Source: Patescibacteria group bacterium (GTDB lineage Bacteria; Patescibacteriota; Microgenomatia; PFEM01; JAHIFH01). From it: a stretch of DNA of 64,000 nt. Of this stretch, positions 59,757-64,000 are shown one piece after another. The stretch spans positions 521 to 64,520 of the forward strand of contig DATKWU010000005.1 in assembly GCA_035529375.1 (NCBI GenBank). Direction: 5' to 3'. A model generated the notes under the pieces. It had not been told where the DNA came from. It saw only the letters and a program-made list of their open reading frames with translations, and did no database searches. The position numbers were made by a program, and so were the translations under genes. Numbering within the stretch: position 1 is the stretch's first letter; each line of letters opens with the position of its first letter.

Positions 59757-60379
59757 CTTAGTAACTCCTTAACTTCCTTGTCACTGACTTGGTCAAATTC
59801 CTGATAAAATTGGCCAACAGCAAAAAACATCAGTGGTGCTTCCAGATAAACAATCTCATCTGCCTGTTCTTCTAGTTTCGGCATTGAATCACGGGAGATA
59901 ACCGGGATGGCAACCACAATCTTCTTGGGCTCTTGTTGCCTAATAACTTCTATCGCGGCCGCCATTGTCGCTCCAGTGGCCACCCCATCATCAGTAATAA
60001 TAACTATCTTATCCTCTAGTTTCACTGCTGGTTTATTCCCCCGATATTCTTTGACCCTTCTTTCTACTTCTGCTTTTCGACCCGTAATTTCTTTTTCAAG
60101 ATATTCTTTATCAATACCCAAACGACTTGTCAATTCCTCATTAATCACCGGCTCACCAGTGATCCCTACAGCGCCAATTGCCAACTCTGAATTATTTGGG
60201 GCACCAATCTTTTTAGTAACAAGAATATCTAATGGACAATTTAAAACAAGAGAAAGTTGTTTACCAATCACCAAGCCTCCTCGAGGGATTGCTAAAACAA
60301 TCAAGTCTTGACTGTCTTGAAAATCTTTTAATTTTTCGGCTAGTTTCTTGCCTGCTTCCTCCCTGTTTTTGAAAACCAT
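59753..60379 (-). CDS. Phosphoribosyltransferase family protein
   Basis: FKNREEAG, AIPRGG, ITDDGVATGAT and AVGQFY. Confidence 0.9.
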   Translation of the reverse strand: MVFKNREEAGKKLAEKLKDFQDSQDLIVLAIPRGGLVIGKQLSLVLNCPLDILVTKKIGAPNNSELAIGAVGITGEPVINEELTSRLGIDKEYLEKEITGRKAEVERRVKEYRGNKPAVKLEDKIVIITDDGVATGATMAAAIEVIRQQEPKKIVVAIPVISRDSMPKLEEQADEIVYLEAPLMFFAVGQFYQEFDQVSDKEVKELLR

Positions 60380-60463
60380 CTCATTTCCAATTTTAGCACA
60401 CAAAAAAGCAGTCCGACCTGACGGCTTAAAAGCAGCCTGAAGACAAATTAAATGATCGAACTG

Positions 60464-60790
60464 CTATTTAATTTTAGTTAGCTGCTTTTTGGCAAAATCG
60501 CCTACAAATGGCAGTTTAAATTCTTCTCCTTGATAAGCCTTGAAAATCAAAACCAACCAGAGAATAAACCCCACAATCCAAAGAAGCGGAGAGAGCATCC
60601 AACCAATCACGGGCACAAACATTAAAATTGTCAAAGCACCAAAGACAATGATTGATTGCATGGCATGGAAACGAACAAAAGGGTCTTTCTCAATGAGAAG
60701 AAAAACAATTCCTGTTAACCAACCCAAAACATAAGAAAGAGCAGCGGCTGTGTTCTTGGGTAAACCGAGACCAGCTTTCATAGTGGCCAT
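60464..60790 (-). CDS. DUF4870-like membrane protein
   Basis: AALSY, FVRFHAMQS and FKLPFVG. Confidence 0.8.
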   Translation of the reverse strand: MATMKAGLGLPKNTAAALSYVLGWLTGIVFLLIEKDPFVRFHAMQSIIVFGALTILMFVPVIGWMLSPLLWIVGFILWLVLIFKAYQGEEFKLPFVGDFAKKQLTKIK

Positions 60791-60855
60791 AAATTTTCAC
60801 CTCCTTTCTATTCAAATAGTCCCACAAATTCTCAGTAGTTGTCAAGGATTGTTTT

Positions 60856-62100
60856 TTAGAACAAACTCATCTGTTTTTTCTCCTCTTTCTCTTCTCCCCA
60901 AATTCTTACTGTTCCAAAAACACCATCATAACCCGGATCAACAACAATATCACCTTCTCTTACTTTTTTAATTCCCTGGGCTACCTTTTCACCACTTACT
61001 TTGGCAATTTCCAAGGGATCTATCTTTAATAAAACATTAAATTCTGATTCAAATCTCTCTACTAAACGATTGTACTCAGTTTCAACTTTTTGGCTGGAAA
61101 CACCAACCCCTAAAGATTCTGATAAAATTTCCATTAAAGGCACTAACATTTTATAAGGAGGCCGATCCGGGGGCTGATAGTCAACTGGTCGAGTGGCCAG
61201 TTTTTCGACCCGATGCATCACCCCAATCGTCAAAGGTTTACCGCAAACTGGACAAGTCCAACCAACTCTTTTGGTCTCCTCTGGAGATTGTTTAATCTGA
61301 CAATTTCTGTGGCCTGTATAATGATACTTTCCTTCTTCAGGATAAAACTCTATTGTATAAGCAATTTCCTGCTTCTTAATCGCTCTTTTAATATCTTTAT
61401 AGCTAAAATTCTGATTTGCTATTTTGAAAACGGTTGTTTCTCTGCCTAATTTTTGGGGACTATGAGCATCACTAAAACTGATGATACTGCGACTGTCTAA
61501 TTCTTCAATCCGCCAATTCATGGCAGGATTACTAGAAAGGCCTGTCTCCACGGCATAAATTTGATCAGCAAACCGGCCAAAGCATTCTCTAAGAGAATCA
61601 AAACCAGACCGGGAACCATAAAGAGAAAACCAGGGCGTCCAAATGTGGGCCGGAATAACTAGGCAATCTTGAGAAACAGAAAAAACTAAATCACAAAGTT
61701 CAATACTTGATAAGCCTGTTATTGGTCGACCATCTGATAGTAATCTCACACCATAGCTTCGTAATTGCTGGTTAATTTTCTCAACCACTTTTAGGTTAGG
61801 AGCAAAAATAAGATTGTGAATTCGGTGACCTTTTCCCTTTTGCGAGTAAATACTCGAAATCTCGGTGGTCAACAAAAATAAAACATCACTAGGCTCATCT
61901 TTATAGCGATAAATCCCTTCATTAACTTCAATTAGATTTTCTCTAAGCTCCCTTACCCATAAGGGGTGAGTAAAATCAGCCGTCGTCACCAAATCAATCC
62001 CCTTTCTCTTTGCCCACTTAGCCATTTCAGGAATAATCATCTGCCGAGAAACAGCCCGAGAATATCTACTGTGAATATGAAGATCGGCAATTAGCTCCAT
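60856..62100 (-). CDS. PHP-domain endonuclease Q family protein
   Basis: ADLHIHSRYSRA, PAHIWTPWFS, SDAHS, GKYHYTGHR, CPVC and PGYDGVFG. Confidence 0.88.
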   Translation of the reverse strand: MELIADLHIHSRYSRAVSRQMIIPEMAKWAKRKGIDLVTTADFTHPLWVRELRENLIEVNEGIYRYKDEPSDVLFLLTTEISSIYSQKGKGHRIHNLIFAPNLKVVEKINQQLRSYGVRLLSDGRPITGLSSIELCDLVFSVSQDCLVIPAHIWTPWFSLYGSRSGFDSLRECFGRFADQIYAVETGLSSNPAMNWRIEELDSRSIISFSDAHSPQKLGRETTVFKIANQNFSYKDIKRAIKKQEIAYTIEFYPEEGKYHYTGHRNCQIKQSPEETKRVGWTCPVCGKPLTIGVMHRVEKLATRPVDYQPPDRPPYKMLVPLMEILSESLGVGVSSQKVETEYNRLVERFESEFNVLLKIDPLEIAKVSGEKVAQGIKKVREGDIVVDPGYDGVFGTVRIWGEEKEEKKQMSLF

Positions 62101-62103
62101 CTT

Positions 62104-63087
62104 TTAGGTTTTAAGAAACTCAAGAAGGACAAAAATCAAATAGATTCCAAGTAAAATCGCTCCTTCCCAACGCTCCAGCTTTTTTTTGGTGCGAATAAAG
62201 AAATAAAAAAAGCCAAAAATGAGAACAAAAGCCATTGTAGCCAATAAATATTCATCAAAAGCCTGAATTCTAATCGGCGAAATCAAAGCCACTAAACCAA
62301 TAATCAAAGTCCCATTGGCTACGACTGAACCTAGTAAATCACCAAAAACCATTCCTATTTGTTTTTCCCGCACGGCCCTAAGCTCAAAAGCTAATTCAGG
62401 CAAAGATGTCCCTACAGCAACAATTACTAAACCAATAAGTAAAAGCGGTAAGTTAAGAGCAATTGCCATCTTGCTGGCAAATCTAACTAACATATCGGCT
62501 GAAAAAAGCAACAAAGCGACACCTAGAAAGAGCCAACCTAATTCCTTTTGAGTTTTTTGAGAATTCAATCTTTTTAATAAGCGAACTACAAATCCCTCTT
62601 CTCGCCCGTTTCTAGCTTCGGCTAGTCTCTTATTTCTCTCTTTTAAAATCAGAATATTGTAAAAACCATAAAGAGCCAGAAGAATCAAGCCGTCTATTTG
62701 ATTAAGATTCTTATCAAAAAGAAGAACCATCGGGGCAGCGCCTGCCAAAAAAGCATAGAAAACATCACGGCGAAGAAAAATTCCTCTGACCGCTACTGTG
62801 CCGCCAATCAAAGCCGCTCCGCCAATAACCAAGGATAAGTCAGCAATATTGGAACCAATGACATTCCCCAAAGCCAAATTAGGCCGACCCTCAAGCGCAG
62901 CCGTGATACCCACTACCAACTCAGGTAAAGAAGTCGCTAAAGCGAGCAAAAAAGAAGTAATCGCAAACTGACCAATTTGTGTCTTACCAGAAAGAGCCTT
63001 AAGATTAACCACTAAAATATCGGTAGCCTTAATTAAAATAACTGAAAAAACAAAAATTGCTAGTAAATAAAAAATACCCATTAACAT
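62104..63087 (-). CDS. Sodium:calcium antiporter (YrbG-like)
   Basis: Two alpha repeats: ATSLPEL...GNVIGSN and GTSLPEL...GDLLGS. Confidence 0.9.
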   Translation of the reverse strand: MLMGIFYLLAIFVFSVILIKATDILVVNLKALSGKTQIGQFAITSFLLALATSLPELVVGITAALEGRPNLALGNVIGSNIADLSLVIGGAALIGGTVAVRGIFLRRDVFYAFLAGAAPMVLLFDKNLNQIDGLILLALYGFYNILILKERNKRLAEARNGREEGFVVRLLKRLNSQKTQKELGWLFLGVALLLFSADMLVRFASKMAIALNLPLLLIGLVIVAVGTSLPELAFELRAVREKQIGMVFGDLLGSVVANGTLIIGLVALISPIRIQAFDEYLLATMAFVLIFGFFYFFIRTKKKLERWEGAILLGIYLIFVLLEFLKT

Positions 63088-63094
63088 TTCTGGA

Positions 63095-64000
63095 TTACCT
63101 TATTTTACTATTTTTATGACGGGCAATAAAAATCCACTTAGTCACCTCAATAGCAAAAAGATTAAGAAAACCAATCCCAAAAAGAAAAAGCCATTCATGG
63201 ATTCCTAAAGCATGGGTTTTTAACAAAATTTGGAGAGGAGAAAAATAGATGGCTAGGAAAAGCAAAAGAAAGCCGAAAAAAACTGAAACGGTTAAAAATC
63301 TATTGCTAAACGGATTATATTTAAAAATCGGTCTGCGTAAAGAACGACAAGCAAAAACATAAAAAAGAGAATTAATTCCTAAAGCAACGAACATGACTGT
63401 CTGAATATAGTGAAGGTGAAGGAAACCCTTAAGCAACCAGTAAAAAAGACCCAGTAGAATCAAATCAGTAGAAATACCAATAATAAAAATTAAGACTTTT
63501 AGTTCAAAGTCCAAAATTGGTGCTCCTCGCGGCCGCGGCAATTCATTCATCAACCCTTCTTCTTCTGGCTCAAAGGCTAGGGCAACAGCCGGCAAGCTAT
63601 CTTCAACCAGATTAACCCAAAGAATCTGAACCGCCGTTACCGGCAACGGTAGCTTAAGAAGAAGCGAGCCACCAATTAGAATAATTTCAGTAAAACTATC
63701 AGAAAAGAGATAAAGAACGACTTTTTTGATATTCTCGAAGATATTTCTCCCCTCTTCAATCGCCTGAACAATAGTAGAAAACTCAGAATCTAACAAAACC
63801 ATATCAGCGGTTTCTTTGGCGACATCTGAGGCCTCGCCGACAACAATCCCGATATCCGCTTGTTTTAGAGCCGGAGCATCGTTAACTCCATCTCCAGTCA
63901 TCGCTACCACTTCACCATTGTCTTTAAGAGCCTTAACTATTTTCAGTTTCTGTTGAGGATTAACCCGAGCAAAAAGGACTATTTTTTCTACCCTCTTTCT
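63095..64000 (-). CDS. Cation-transporting P-type ATPase, C-terminal part (truncated by the window edge)
   Basis: FARVNPQQK, VAMTGDGVNDAPALK and QILWVNL. Confidence 0.93.
   Translation of the reverse strand, partial: RKRVEKIVLFARVNPQQKLKIVKALKDNGEVVAMTGDGVNDAPALKQADIGIVVGEASDVAKETADMVLLDSEFSTIVQAIEEGRNIFENIKKVVLYLFSDSFTEIILIGGSLLLKLPLPVTAVQILWVNLVEDSLPAVALAFEPEEEGLMNELPRPRGAPILDFELKVLIFIIGISTDLILLGLFYWLLKGFLHLHYIQTVMFVALGINSLFYVFACRSLRRPIFKYNPFSNRFLTVSVFFGFLLLFLAIYFSPLQILLKTHALGIHEWLFLFGIGFLNLFAIEVTKWIFIARHKNSKIR

Overview
AT-rich bacterial chromosome segment, most likely Patescibacteria/CPR (Microgenomates-like). The taxon is inferred from 16S primer-site variants and gene content. From left to right: (1) three GT-C-type membrane glycosylation genes, an integrase core-binding-like gene, a 2122-aa collagen/DUF2341/tail-collar surface protein and an O-antigen-ligase-TPR gene; (2) two tRNA-Ala genes, LysM-M23, rho, radA and an S1 protein; (3) 5S-23S and 16S rRNA genes on the minus strand, separated by about 3.2 kb that holds tRNA-Ala, two coiled-coil ORFs, a structured leader, an oppositely oriented tRNA-Ile and a VirB4/TraG-like ATPase; (4) mnmA; (5) a roughly 17-kb single-strand island with tatC, two tatA-family genes, a 1380-aa Ser-Pro repeat protein, 11 glycan synthesis/modification genes, a membrane protein with an internal twin-arginine-like motif and an HUH (RAYT-like) transposase fused to TM-SH3; (6) a RimK/ATP-grasp/7TM module, a thiol-redox cluster and housekeeping/transport genes. 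The best candidate for an undescribed system is the Tat-linked Ser-Pro glycoprotein island. Structured non-coding elements at 7.3, 18.6 and 25.3 kb also merit follow-up. All calls come from manual motif reading; no database searches were run.
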